Assembly: GCA_011109175.1 (NCBI GenBank)
Contig: RDEW01000042.1
Coordinates: forward strand, 440,504-473,503
DNA: 33,000 nucleotides
Source of the DNA: Dicyema japonicum
Taxonomy: Eukaryota; Animalia; Dicyemida
Reading direction: 5' to 3'
The notes beneath the pieces were generated by a model, which saw only the letters and a program-made list of their open reading frames with translations, was not told where the DNA came from and ran no database searches. Shown one piece after another: positions 11,881 to 23,344 of the stretch. Numbering within the stretch: position 1 is the first letter of the stretch; each line of letters begins with the position of its first letter. The position numbers and the translations under genes were made by a program.

Positions 11881-12684
11881 ATAAAATAATAGATTTTGAT
11901 CAAGAATTTCAAAATTCTCTGAAAAACTGAATAATTTCGTTACCTCGGTACTACGATGATGAAATCAGACTAAGAAAATTGAGTGATAAAACTGGCTTTG
12001 AAATTTTGACATCCGAAAAACCGAAACATTACTCGCACTACGGGGGATACATGTTTGAGGTGTTCCTGGTGTCACCACTGCTCTACACTTATGTAGAGAA
12101 GCCGATGATCATGTGGGACATCGGGAGTAACCATGTACCTCAAGAGATGTTATTGAACCTAGCTCCAGCTTGTTCAACCCGTTTTCGTCTAGAAGACTGT
12201 TGTCTTGGCTTATAAGTTGCTAGAATTTCAAAAATTAAAAATTATTATTTAATTTAATAAAAATTAATTAACAGGGATATGAGTCGTGGTTATACTATGA
12301 GAAAACACACGTCTTTTTGTTAAAAACCCAGGTTACTTCATACGTAAAAAGGTCTTTATAATCCTAGTCTCATTTACTGTCAATACTTCCATTAAAGTTG
12401 GACAGAAAACAGGACATTGTGGAAAGTCATTAGGTAGGTGTCTGTAATTTGAGTGTGTAGACATAATAGTCCATGACGGTCATAGAGGAAAGAAAGTAGC
12501 CGTCTTTACTCGAAACGGGATTTCCTCACTCAGTTAAGATAAGTTTGCATTTATGGATTGTAGAATACTAAAGAAGTTGCCGACTTAAGAGCATGTGGTC
12601 TCCTACAACGGAGGCCTTTAGGTGGTAAGAAGACGGTCGATCTTTTCATAGTGAAACGTAAGTTAGCTTAGTCCCGTAGGCATA

Positions 12685-14308
12685 TGTCACATGGGCGGCG
12701 CGTAACGCATGGGCAGCCTGTTACATTTTTTCGACCTTGAAAAGGTCTTTTAATCCGACATTTAATTTGGTATATCCGATTTATATCGTGATTTAATCCT
12801 GTTAAATTAGTTTTTTATTCATAAATATTATGATTATAAAGATTTTATTATTTTATAGCGGTAAACCTAGATTTCTAGCGTGATTAGCATGGAAGATTAT
12901 TTTGTTGCAATGGCTTCTTACAAGGGTTTTGTGAAAGATTGCGTTGAATATCTTCCGAGGCACCGAAAATATAGGCTTGTAAAGAAGATAGAGAATTTTT
13001 CCATTATCAATGACAGGTATTGTAAATTTGCAATAATTTTAGACTGTATATCTTAAATCAACTGATTCCAAGTTAGTCATATCCCTGGATAATGAAACCG
13101 AAATGGAGCATGTTGAGAAATCGTTGCACGAGTTTTCACACGGAGGAGTCAATAAAATTGAGTATGAATGTCGACAAAGATACTTTACTGTAAAGAATGA
13201 GATTATCAGAAAAGTCATTCGAAATTGTGAAGTCCACAAATTTTCGCGTCCTTTAAAAGTTCGTGATTTTTTATAACTGTAGATTGGAGATATAAATCAC
13301 CATGTGTTTGCTGCTTCACCAAATGAACGTTTTCAGGTAGATCTAATAGACCTGAAAAAAAATTACAACATTAAATGAAAATTTCAAATGGATTTTAACG
13401 GTCATTGACATATATAGTAGGTTGGTTTTTTTTTAATTTATAGATTCGCTTTTGTACGACCACTCTATAATAAGTCTGGTAAAGAAGTATGTGAAAACTT
13501 AAGATCTTTGTTCCGCCTGAATGGGCCATTTAAATTTCTTCAGTCGGACAATGTTTCTGAATTTAAAAATCAAGAAATAACAAAACTTTGTGAAGATTTT
13601 AACATTAAGCAAATTCACGGAAGGCCTAACAATCCACGAGCACAAGGAATTGTCGAAAGATTTAATCAGACGATCACGAAGAAGTTGTCAAGAATGCTGG
13701 ATAACAGTGAAAAAAGTGGCTTGATAAATTAGAAAGTGCTGTCTACAGTTACAACATATCGGTCCATTCATTTTTTAACGAAAGTCCTTTTTAAAGATAT
13801 CGAGGAATTAAGGGAATAAATTCAATAATTAATGGTTATACTTACATCACATTATTGAAAATTCACGTAGTTTGATTTAAAAAATTTATATCTAGATAAC
13901 TTGTGTCCGAATGCGAAGAGATTCAAATGTGAAATTAAATCGATTGAAGAAAATTCAAATTATTACAAAGCTATGAACAGGAAAGAGAATGTTCATAATA
14001 GTAAATATACTTTCAACATGGGAGATAAAGTATGAATTAAAAACATTAATAAATAGGTTCGGGCTAAAAAGGACTTTGGAACAAATCCCTCATTGCGACT
14101 GGATAAGTTTGAGTCTCAGTATTATCCAGTTGCAGAAATAATTAATAGAAATAATTAAAAATTCGAAAGGAGAAATATCGACTGTATTAATGAGTAGACC
14201 AAAAAATTACTTAAATTTAATTTTTTGTGGTTAAAATTAATTGAAGTTAATCTTGGTTCAAGGTTAATGTAACAGGCAGCCCATAGGTATCGCTTGGCTC
14301 ATGTGACA
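12685..14308 (+). mobile_element. Full-length Ginger-like (Ginger2/Tdd-type) DNA transposon, 1,624 bp
   Basis: TIRs are at 12685-12727 (TGTCACATGGGCGGCGCGTAACGCATGGGCAGCCTGTTACATT) and 14266-14308, with 34/43 identity. The exact 5-bp TSD GCATA is at 12680-12684 and 14309-14313. An rve-type transposase lies inside. Confidence 0.92.
12889..14210 (+). pseudogene. Intron-containing HHCC + DDE (rve) transposase of the Ginger-like element
   Basis: The spliced reading is MEDYFVAM...INDR|LY...SLHEFSHGGVNKI...RNCEVHKFSRPLK|IGDINHHVFAASPNERFQVDLID...WILTVIDIYSR|FAFVRPL...LQSDNVSEF...HGRPNNPRAQGIVERFNQT...WLDKLESAVYSYNISVH...FNMGDK|VRAKKDF. Introns are 13017-13042, 13259-13282, 13421-13443 and 14030-14056. 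Frameshifts occur at A-runs near 13055, 13360 and 13712. Confidence 0.9.
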
Positions 14309-15094
14309 GCATATCACATATGTGTTCTAAGAGAGACCAGTGGTATCGCAGACTGGTGAGAACATCTGTCTTGAGTGAATCTTTCTGAGGGTTGAATATA
14401 AATTAAAAGCGAATTTTTTCTCTTGTGTTTTTGGATGAGATAGTTAATTTGCTTATTAATTTCAGACAAAGATTCAATTCGGCAGAACAAATCGATTTGA
14501 TTCACCGGCATATTAAAAAAAATCAATCTTAATGGGAGTGAAGGGCATTATTAACTGCGAGACCATGTGAATAATTTCATGTATTTATCATTTATTTGTC
14601 TCACTCGGAATAGCAGTCTCATATGAGCTTAACAAATCTCTGATAGTCCTGGATTTGAATCTCGATGCTGTATACTCCGTTTCAAAATTATATAATGTCT
14701 TGGTTTAGCAAGTGACAATGTCATCAGTGAATGTTTCACTACGGAACTTCTAGTTCTTACAAAAAGGAAAAAATGAAGTTAGAACATTTCTTGTTCCCTC
14801 CTCTCTTTCAACGATTTGTTAGCATAATTGTTCTTTGCTCTAAAAGTATGTGTCTTTCTATGCTGAGCTATAAATATTATGTCTCTGGTGAAAAGGCTTT
14901 ATAATATGTCACGGTCCATTGGTGGCCTTGATCGATTTTTCCAAACTTAAAAATATCAAATAATTTTATTTTTGTCTATAAATAATAAATATAACTTTTT
15001 ATACAATCTTCATCTGCTTTTAATAAAAATTTTGATTTTTAATAAAAAAATTTTTAATTTATAAAACTACGATCATCTCACTGTTTATTTAACT

Positions 15095-15134
15095 TCATTT
15101 GTCTGTTTATTATGCCTCATTTGTCTGTTTATTA
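15095..15134. repeat. Short direct repeat TCATTTGTCTGTTTATTA x2 (23-bp period) just upstream of a LINE-like 3' motif
   Basis: Seen directly. It is followed by TTTTGCCGTGGTCTTGGGTGTTAAATAAATAAAATAAATAAA (15146-15187). Confidence 0.7.
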
Positions 15135-15289
15135 GTTAGTTTTGGTTTTGCCGTGGTCTTGGGTGTTAAATAAATAAAATAAATAAATTATGCCAAGTCG
15201 TTTGAAATTTTCTATTTTTGTCTTTTCCTCATCTTTATTCAACTGTGATGTTATCCACCTGTCTCAGGTGGCATCCAGTGCCAAGATGG

Positions 15290-15475
15290 TACGAAAAAGG
15301 GTCATTTGCTGTCCACCACTCAACTGAGGGGTTCCCACAACTGCAAGAATGGACGTCTTTACCTTTTCTGCTAGTTCCTGATGGACTTGTATGACGTTGA
15401 AAGACTGTTTCTGTAACAGTGAACCTGTTGTTACTGTCAACTTCTTTCTCGGTGTATCCGGGGTTAATAAATAAA
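15290..15475 (+). mobile_element. Short 3'-end copy of a family-A-related LINE
   Basis: Homologous to 8170-8350. Ends TTCTTTCTCGGTGTATCCGGGGTTAATAAATAAA, nearly identical to the 3' end of 8410-9358. Confidence 0.75.
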
Positions 15476-17783
15476 GTCTGTGGTGCTACGTCTATCATGT
15501 GAGGACCATTTGACTGATAATTTAAAGTTTTATCGGAAGTACATAAAAGATTAACTCTCAGGGGTCAAGTATATTGAAGAATATGTTTATTATCTTGGAT
15601 GCAGATCACTGACCCTGCTGAACTGTATCGGATTGCCTATGACATAATGAAGAAGGATATTAGAGAGAAGACCAAAGGTAAAACCAAACCAACTCCTTGA
15701 TCTTAAGCAATCCAGCAATTCAAGAACTTGTCTCCAGGTGGAAAGAATAGTTGGAACCTTTTGATGCCGGCCAGGCATTGGGCATCTCCTTAGTAAGGTG
15801 GATACAATGACGCCATCAGAAGGAAGTAAAATAAATTTGTAACCAACTAACCACGTGGCGCCACGAGAATAATGATCTTTTTTCGAAATTTATGTGCCAT
15901 AATATTTACCATCAACCGTCACAGGAATGTCTAGTTGGATAAACTTGTCCCTTGTGGGCTTTTGCCTTTGCATCTCCAATTATGAAGAATTGCTTTTATT
16001 TTAAACAGGTTCGAATACCCACACCTTGTAGACGTCTTCCCAACTAAATAAGTGGAACCAGTAACTCAGACTCAATAACAGCCAAACACGAGAATTCACC
16101 AGTCAGCCATTAAAGCAAGTAGATATTAGGCCCAGAGAAAAAGACGTGAGTATTTGGACATTTAGGAAGCACGTTTCTCTAAATCTGATAATGCGTTCGT
16201 ATAACCAAACTACTTTATGACTCAGGGACGTGCGGAATGTCAAAAATAGATCTTAACGTGACTTATCCTACTTTATCCTGCCTACTGCCTACTTAGTACA
16301 AGCAGAGTTTGAGTAAAATCGTTGATTTTGTTATCTTCGGGGCAAAAATTGGCCATTTATATCAGCTACAGCCAATTAATTGCTGTTTCACAGATTAAAT
16401 AGCACCTTGAAGTGAATGATGAGAATTTGACTTGCTGTGTGATTACTTAGTAAAATTGTTAAAAAAAAGTGCTCTTTACTGGATTTTTCCTAAAAAAGGC
16501 TGAACTGTCCCAGAAAAAAGTTATTGGGACCAACGACATTATAATTCAGCTCCTGCAGAGTTCCAAAGTACAATAATGCCTCACTTATTATACGTGGCTC
16601 GTAAAACGACAGTTGGGAGATTCGAAGTGAATTCTCACTAATTTCCCCAAATATTTTGACCTTCAATCTATTTACGACACGTGCTCTGTGATTCTGTCTT
16701 TATTTGACTACAACTTGAAAGACCGTAAAAATTTGTGATCCATTCGATAGTCATGTACTTTAATTGAATATTTGAGAATGACCATTTGGATACTGGTATC
16801 CTTCTTACTCTGATCAAACGTATAAACTTAATTTTGTTGACCCAAGCACGACCATTCGCAGTTTAGTCGTTTGTTTGATCTCTAAGATTGCCAGACAGTA
16901 CGAGGCTGCCTTTACTTATTCCATACTTCTCGGACGTTATGAAAGATGGCGTAATTCGGCTGATATTGAAATCCATTTGAAAACTATTTACTTTCAAGTA
17001 AGCTGAGACCTCATTGAGGATGATAAGTTGGAAAAGACCACAGAAGCAGTATTTTTTACTATTATGCTGAGATTTCAGTCTGGAATTTTGGTTGAGGGAG
17101 AATAATTTGACTTCGTCAAGTGTATGCATCCAAAGTTCGAAGAGTCTGTATGAAAATGAGTTTGTATGATATTTCCCGCGTTTTAAATTGTGAAATGATA
17201 TTTGTGGAATTCACGGATACAAAGATAACTTTACAGAATGCCAATATTATTAGTTTTATTAAATCGACCAAATGTATACAATTTCCCACATTTAATTATG
17301 TGGAAAACTCGAGAAATTGAATCAACATATCCCATTGATATTGTCTGACTAAAAGGTCTGAGTTACACCCTAAAATTTGCCAGAACAATCGAAATAATGA
17401 GAAGCATTGAGACATTGAGATAATTTTCTAAGCGTTCTTTCATCATACTCAAAAGTGAGACTTTCACGTAACTCATGTAATCACAGTTCTTTATGCGTCT
17501 ATTTCCAGAATAATATACTGAATGTGAAAGAATCCACGTGGTTTTGTCTAGCTACAACTTCAAGTGTTTTATGTGCCAAAAGTCTGATGTTCTGAAAGGG
17601 ACTTATGAGCCTTTGCAGAATATGATCTTTTCAAACTCTTATAAAGAACACTGGTTTGTAAGCCACCTCACTTTGATACGAATTTTGTTGTTTTGAGTAA
17701 GCCGGGAGACTCCAGTAAGGAGTTGATCAATAGTCAGTAGATTCCAAAAGTGAAACAACGCAGGTAAATCAAGGGTTGAGTAA

Positions 17784-18165
17784 TAAGCCACTACTTCATA
17801 CATGTTATATATGATATCTAGTCAAGCCTAGACGCAAAAACCATTATTTCACGAAAATATGGTCAGGGAAACCACTAAAGTGTTGTGTCAATAGCCAGTA
17901 GTGTCCAAACGTGGTGTCAAGTCGGTCCAAAAGCTTTGAGACATAAACAACTACTCCCCACGTGGATCCAAGAATTTCCAATCAAAAGTTGAGCCACAAG
18001 ACGATAATTCCCACAGTTTATCCGGTGATTTCTAGTCAAGCCTTCAGCCAAAATCCACTACTTCACAAAAATATGGTCAGGAGACCACTAATGCGTTGAG
18101 TCAAGTCGTGTCCAAACGTGTGGTCACGTGGTTCAAACATGTTTTGAACCATAAGCCACTACTTC
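17784..18165. repeat. Imperfect ~214-bp tandem duplication with nested CCACTACTTC sub-repeats
   Basis: Units start TCTAGTCAAGCC at 17817 and 18031. Both contain AAAATATGGTCAGG...ACCACTAA...GTGTCCAAACGTG. TAAGCCACTACTTC occurs at 17784 and 18152. Confidence 0.85.
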
Positions 18166-18517
18166 GCGAATGTATTGTCCGGAAGAGTGTTAACAGTTAA
18201 TAATAAACACCAGAGGAAATTGTCTCATCTTCTTGGAAGTTCAAAAATCGCGGAAAATGAAGAGAAAGTTGATTACTGTCAGTATCTGAACTAACTTCTG
18301 GTAGGTAAACTGTTATGGAAAATCGAATGGCTCAAACCCGGAGTGTTTAGACTCGCTGAGGTTATAACCATTTTCAGAAAGCTAAGTCACATCCAAAATC
18401 AACCAAATTGTCAGGAAATGCTTTCAAAAAACAGAAACTGCTGGTTTCTTAGCTGATGAGGAAAATTAAATTGATCATAAATGATACCATAAACATGGGG
18501 ATTTTTATCACTTTTCT

Positions 18518-18583
18518 GTGAGTGAATCATCCACGGCTCGTTTATTCCCTTTCTCAGTGAGTGAATCATCCACAGCTCGTTTA
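18518..18583. repeat. 39-bp tandem repeat (~1.7 copies)
   Basis: GTGAGTGAATCATCCAC[G/A]GCTCGTTTA occurs at 18518 and 18557. On the minus strand it encodes KRAVDDSLTEKGN-KRAVDDSLTEK. Confidence 0.9.
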
Positions 18584-18899
18584 AGTTGACATATTTACTT
18601 GATTTCTTACGTATTCTAGACATGTCAGAACTCTCCTGAGTCTCCTTTTTATCTGTATCAATCGATATCTTCTTTTAAGTGACAGATCCGTCAGTTTGTT
18701 CGTCTTCTTTAGACACATATTTCTGTCACATCGAATATGAGAGCTATCAAAATCTCTAAAGTGCTGTACTCGTAGACTTGACGAGATTTATCAGATTGAG
18801 TCACAAAGGCTCCTGGATCTTCCGCCTCGAATTCAGAAAGGAGGGGACAAAGGAATTTATATTAACATGTGGATGCTACTTCTCCTTATGTTCTTGGAA

Positions 18900-19680
18900 A
18901 CCATTGCTTTAGTTAAATCCGACTAGATCTTCCGAAATTGTGTGAACAACCTGCCTTTATGAGTATATGATAACGACCTTTATGAATTCGTAAAGGAATT
19001 AGCCTCTTCTACAACGAGCTTATGCCATTTCTACAAGGCAAATGGAGACTCCCTTTTCTATGGGTTCTAATTGGATCATAGGCGGAGGCTACTTCGCTTG
19101 TCGGACATTGTTTCAACATTTCTCACGTACCATTACATGCGAATAGTACGGAAGAAGCCCACATAAATGTTTCAACTGCCAACGCTATGGGCATATATCC
19201 TGCTTCTGTAAGAATACAAGATGTCTCACTTGAGGAGAACACGATCTGTCTGCGTGTGAAAGATTCCTGGGAACACAATTAATAGCATAAATTGTTGCTC
19301 GTCCTCACATTGTGCCAGGTATGATGGATGTCCATTTGCCAAAAAGTCTGATCATAGGAGAGTAAGGTAAAACGATGGACAGGTGATAATAGGCGATATT
19401 GGGAGAACGTAGACAGCAAAAACAGTTACGTCAAAGACGGCACTAAAAATTAGTCGAAAATCTAATGAAGTTACACCCAATCTATCAGAGAAGGTATATA
19501 CGGAAATATCAAAGATTATGTCACAGCTTAACTATCTGTCCGCGAATACACAGATGGATTTAATAGAGATAGTAAGCTTGGTTTTGAAGAAGCAAGGTCA
19601 CCAAATGTTGAAACAAGGATTAATTGCTAGTGAATGCTTGATCCTAAGGAAAATGCATATTGAACTAGCATTACTTTAGT
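18900..19680 (+). mobile_element. Degraded gag-like ORF1 of a non-LTR retrotransposon (three Zn knuckles)
   Basis: 19174-19345 reads KCFNCQRYGHISCFCKNTRCLT*GEHDLSAC, then after a frameshift INCCSSSHCARYDGCPF. This is the triple-CCHC layout of I/Jockey/R1-type ORF1. A low-complexity tail continues to about 19680. Confidence 0.85.
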
Positions 19681-20099
19681 TTTCTTGAGGTTTAACATAT
19701 CACATTTAGATTGGGGTCACTATAGGGTATTCATGTATAATGATGGAAATAATAAACGGACCGTATATGAAAGGCTGAGGGTGCGAAGATTTATGTAAAA
19801 AATCCCTATTTTTGGAAATACTATCGGAAGATAAGGTGTCCGAAGTCGGGGGAAGAAAAGATTATATAAAATAAACCAGACGGTGGTATATGCATGACGA
19901 AGAAAACACCTGCGATATTCAGGGATCAGCTTAAAAGAATTTAGGATGTTGATCCGTGGAGTTTGACACCGGATCAAAAAAGTGTATACCAATACATTTA
20001 AATACACCGACGAGGAATATTCTTAAGAAATTTGGACGCTTGACTCTCTCAAAGACAATTGTGTTCATATAATTGAATTCCTTGAATATCTTGAGAAAG

Positions 20100-20235
20100 A
20101 ACTAAGTTACAATTATATGGACAGGGATCAAAACTAAATAAATTAATTGGGATAATGCTCACGTCATTCATAAATCTAAGGAAACCTATCCGTTCTTTAC
20201 AACCAATAATATTCGATTCATTTCTTCATCGTTTT
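20100..20235 (+). mobile_element. Possible Tc1/IS630-like DDE transposase fragment
   Basis: Reads INWDNAHVIHKSKETYPFF, resembling the I..DNA..HKS..T..F second-Asp motif. No other motifs or TIRs were confirmed. Confidence 0.3.
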
Positions 20236-21504
20236 TTTAAATAAAATTATTCTTTCCAAGTCAAGAGTAGAGATATGTGATTCATTTGGCCAACCAGGAA
20301 ATTATTTAAATCATAATAAATTTGAATTAATTAACACCAATTTTTATTTCCGAAAAAGAACCGATTAAGTTAGTAAAATGTTAGTAACTCCGCAAAAGCC
20401 CATTACATTGTACTTGTTCGCAATGGCACTGCAGTCTGAAATAACATTATTAATTACATGTTTTACTTGTCTGCTTGCTGTTTGTCTAAATATATTACTT
20501 TCGAACATATACATGGTATTATTATTTTGAGAAACATGTATTGATTAGGTGGATTTGTGTACCTATGATAAATATAATATCATACGCCTCTGCATCACCG
20601 AATGAATCCCTGCACACAATGACACTACATTATTATTAAAAATACTAATAAATGAAACACCACTAGTTCTAAATTCTTGAACAACCTCTATTCTCTGTGG
20701 AAAGTGACTACATTAATTAAAAAAATTTACATCTGGAAGTGATGTTAAATGTTCTGCAAAATCAATTGCGATGTATATGAGGGAATTGCATCGTCGCAAA
20801 CCTATTAATTTAATAATATATATAACAAGTAAAAATAGTAGATGGAAAAGTTTTTGATTATATTTTAAACTTTCTTCCCAACAGTAACTATATTAAGTAA
20901 TATTTAATACAATTGCTTCACTTTCGATCGTATAATAGAAAAATTGAAACCATGTTCAAATGTGATGTATTGAATTCGTAAATTGTTACTTTAGAATCAA
21001 TTTGTAGGCCAGAAAATGTACAATTAATCAAATATCTTAATAATTAATATATAATACAGAGATCGCACATGATTTATTTCTTGACAATTTTTCTGTGTCA
21101 AAATGCCGAATGGAAGTAATAAGATGATAAAATTGAACATCTATAGGATTAAATACAAAATGATGAATATACTAGTAACCACAAAAATTAAAATTATTAC
21201 TTGATTAACAGTCGTCATAATTATTATTTAATTTTATTTAATAAAGTGATGGATTAAATAAATAAAATTAAAAAATAATTTAATTAAATTCACACAATTA
21301 ACATGGTTTTCCGATTTGTTTAATAATTTTACCATAAAATTTAATAAATTTGTCAAAAATGTCTAATAACTTTGCCACAATGTTTAATAGCTTTATCGAA
21401 ATGTCTAGAAATTATGTCAAAAGTTTAATACCTTTTGAATTATGTTTAATTACAGTTCAATTTACGCGAAAATCAAATTTTAAGTGAATCTGAAGAGAGG
21501 CTAT

Positions 21505-22330
21505 GCACATTGACACATCAGAAAGTGACTCACAATAACCAATCCTTTTGTTGACTATTTGGAAGCTGCTTTCGTAATCTGAGAGCTAAAAATTGTCCTA
21601 CTTTTATCTAGGAATTAAGATATGCGGATGACCTAGATTTTGGTTTGAAGTATGATGATATCTAATTCTTTTTCAGACAAGAGTACTGCAGGGTAAATGA
21701 AATTATTTTTTCAGAGAAGAGTACTGCAATGTAATTTAGTTGGTCTAATTTTGAAGGGTTAGAGGTAAAGTTAACACAAAGCAGTATGAAGAAGTTAGTC
21801 TGAGTATGATGGGAGAATCTTTTGCCTTCGTTAGAATCAAATAGATGATATTGTTCTAAGTAACGAATGACCAACATTCGCTCTCTCGAATTGATTTTAT
21901 GTGAAATATTAAAAAATCGAATAAGGTAATCAATTAATGAAAAATAATTTTTTGTGCGATTTTGGCTACATATTGATCTATCAGGACTGAAAGATTTTCA
22001 ACCTCCGATGTTCTTTTACTTGAAAGTAAAAATAGGACATATTTCTTTGACGTATAATTAGGTCAACCGTTAAAATAATTTTAAATATACATTTGATGAC
22101 TATAGATGCTATTAGTATCCTTAATATTATTCGCAACCAAATGTGGATGCCATTGGTTTATTCTGACTTACCACTTCTCTTATTTCTGGATCTGTGGACG
22201 ATTAGGAAAACATTTTCTTAATGATCTAAATGACCGAATTAATCTGAAATCACATTAAGATATGTTTTTGAAAAATAGAGAGTTCCTTGGACCAATATGA
22301 TACTGGAGGTCTGATTCAAGACTACTAGAA
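21505..22330 (+). mobile_element. Highly degraded RTE/RTEX-like LINE (RT to C-terminus)
   Basis: Reads HIDTSESDSQ*PILL (GTPQGDSLSPILF equivalent), YLEAALRNLR, ELRYADDLDF (21612-21641), KVNT, ILIY (~21975) and GRLGKHFLNDL...LKSH*D...WR. These are in the same order as in the 10141 and 28995 copies. Confidence 0.65.
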
Positions 22331-23344
22331 ATTAATCAACAAATGCTTGGTTGAATGTTTATCAATGTGGTAAAATTGGCAACGTTCTGACGACGAGTCA
22401 GTGAGAATAGCTACCTTGCACCATTTTGACCTTAATTTTGTGTTAATGAAAATGCATTTCTGGACGCTGAATCGATTATCATCCTTTAAGCTAATTTATA
22501 GCTGGTCCCGACATGAGGTAACAACTTAACATTAAAAATGCACTTTTTCTGCTGGCTTCCACTAGTTTTTTCTTTGCGATGGCAACGCCTTTAAAGGATA
22601 ACGATATTACTATTCGCTAATGGTCGAAACTTTGCTTGGGGCGTTACACATGTTAAAATATACTCTCCAACAAATTTGGCTGATATCCAGTTTATGACAC
22701 CGAGGATCATAAAAATCGCTTAGGATTTCGTGGGACTGATTGTTTCGAGTTCTTATCTTGTAAGGTATAATATCTAGCCATTAAAGTCGCTCAATATAAT
22801 AATTAATTTATTAATCGAAAATATGATTACACTAAAATGCCGACAATTAAATATTCATGAAACCATACTGCAGGAAGAATCTTTCATCTCGTAAACTTGA
22901 TGCTTTCGGTTAATCTATACGTACTTGATAAAATATGATATTGGCGTATTTTATGGACAGCTTCTTTAGCTGAATTTTATTGAAGATTGCTGTCAACTTG
23001 TGATCGGAAACATTCAGGCTATTTGTATTTTTCACAGTTGTGAGTTTTGGTTAAACGCGACTGTTGGGGAAAACATGCTAAAGATAATTTTTGAGCTGTG
23101 TATCTATCGTTTTCGAAAATGAAGACGGAGTCTACTTTTTTGATTTACATAATTCCTTTAATTTGTTCAGAAATAATAATTTTTTGTATCAGGTATAGGT
23201 ATCCAACTCAGATCGTTAAAACATAAATTCAGTAGTGACTCGACTCTTTGCCTTAGCGTCTGATACAGGCTCAGTAGAAAATCTCAATGTGCGATTCACG
23301 GAGAAACTCCGCAGAGCGTATTGCAATTTCGGTAAACATAAGCT

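Larger units (their letters stand above)
16320..18760 (-). pseudogene. Large decayed host-like gene: acidic N-terminal part, ~71-aa internal repeats, helical C-terminal part; family unknown
   Basis: Minus-strand frames have long stop-poor runs: about 175 codons with one stop from YRLFELWMHTL (~17150 to ~16630), and KDHILQRLISPFQNIRLLAHKTLEVVAR...LHELRESLTFEYDERTLRKLSQCL. The upstream part reads YVSKEDEQTDGSVT*KKISIDTDKKETQESSD. The plus-strand frames are stop-rich. Confidence 0.45.

Noticed and set aside
12380-12680. LINE endonuclease remnant as the target of the Ginger insertion (HDGHRGKKVAVFTRNGI)
   Set aside because: Only one loose motif is present and the sequence after the right TSD did not give a convincing GDFN or SDH continuation.
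13200-13740. Integrase of an LTR retrotransposon or Polinton
   Set aside because: There are no LTRs, RT, RNase H, protease or polB nearby. The gene has introns and is tightly bounded by 43-bp TIRs and a 5-bp TSD.
17784-18165. CRISPR-like or regulatory repeat array
   Set aside because: The repeats are degenerate and irregularly spaced, with similar rather than unique spacers. The context is eukaryotic and there are no cas genes.
21650-21756. Apparent pair of duplicated 16-nt micro-exons (ACAAGAGTACTGCAGG / AGAAGAGTACTGCAAT) between 22-27-nt GT-AG segments
   Set aside because: The segment lies directly after YLEAALR...ELRYADDLDF and before further RTE/RTEX motifs, so it is inside a retroelement RT. 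A ~38-bp tandem duplication in AT-rich DNA explains it without splicing.
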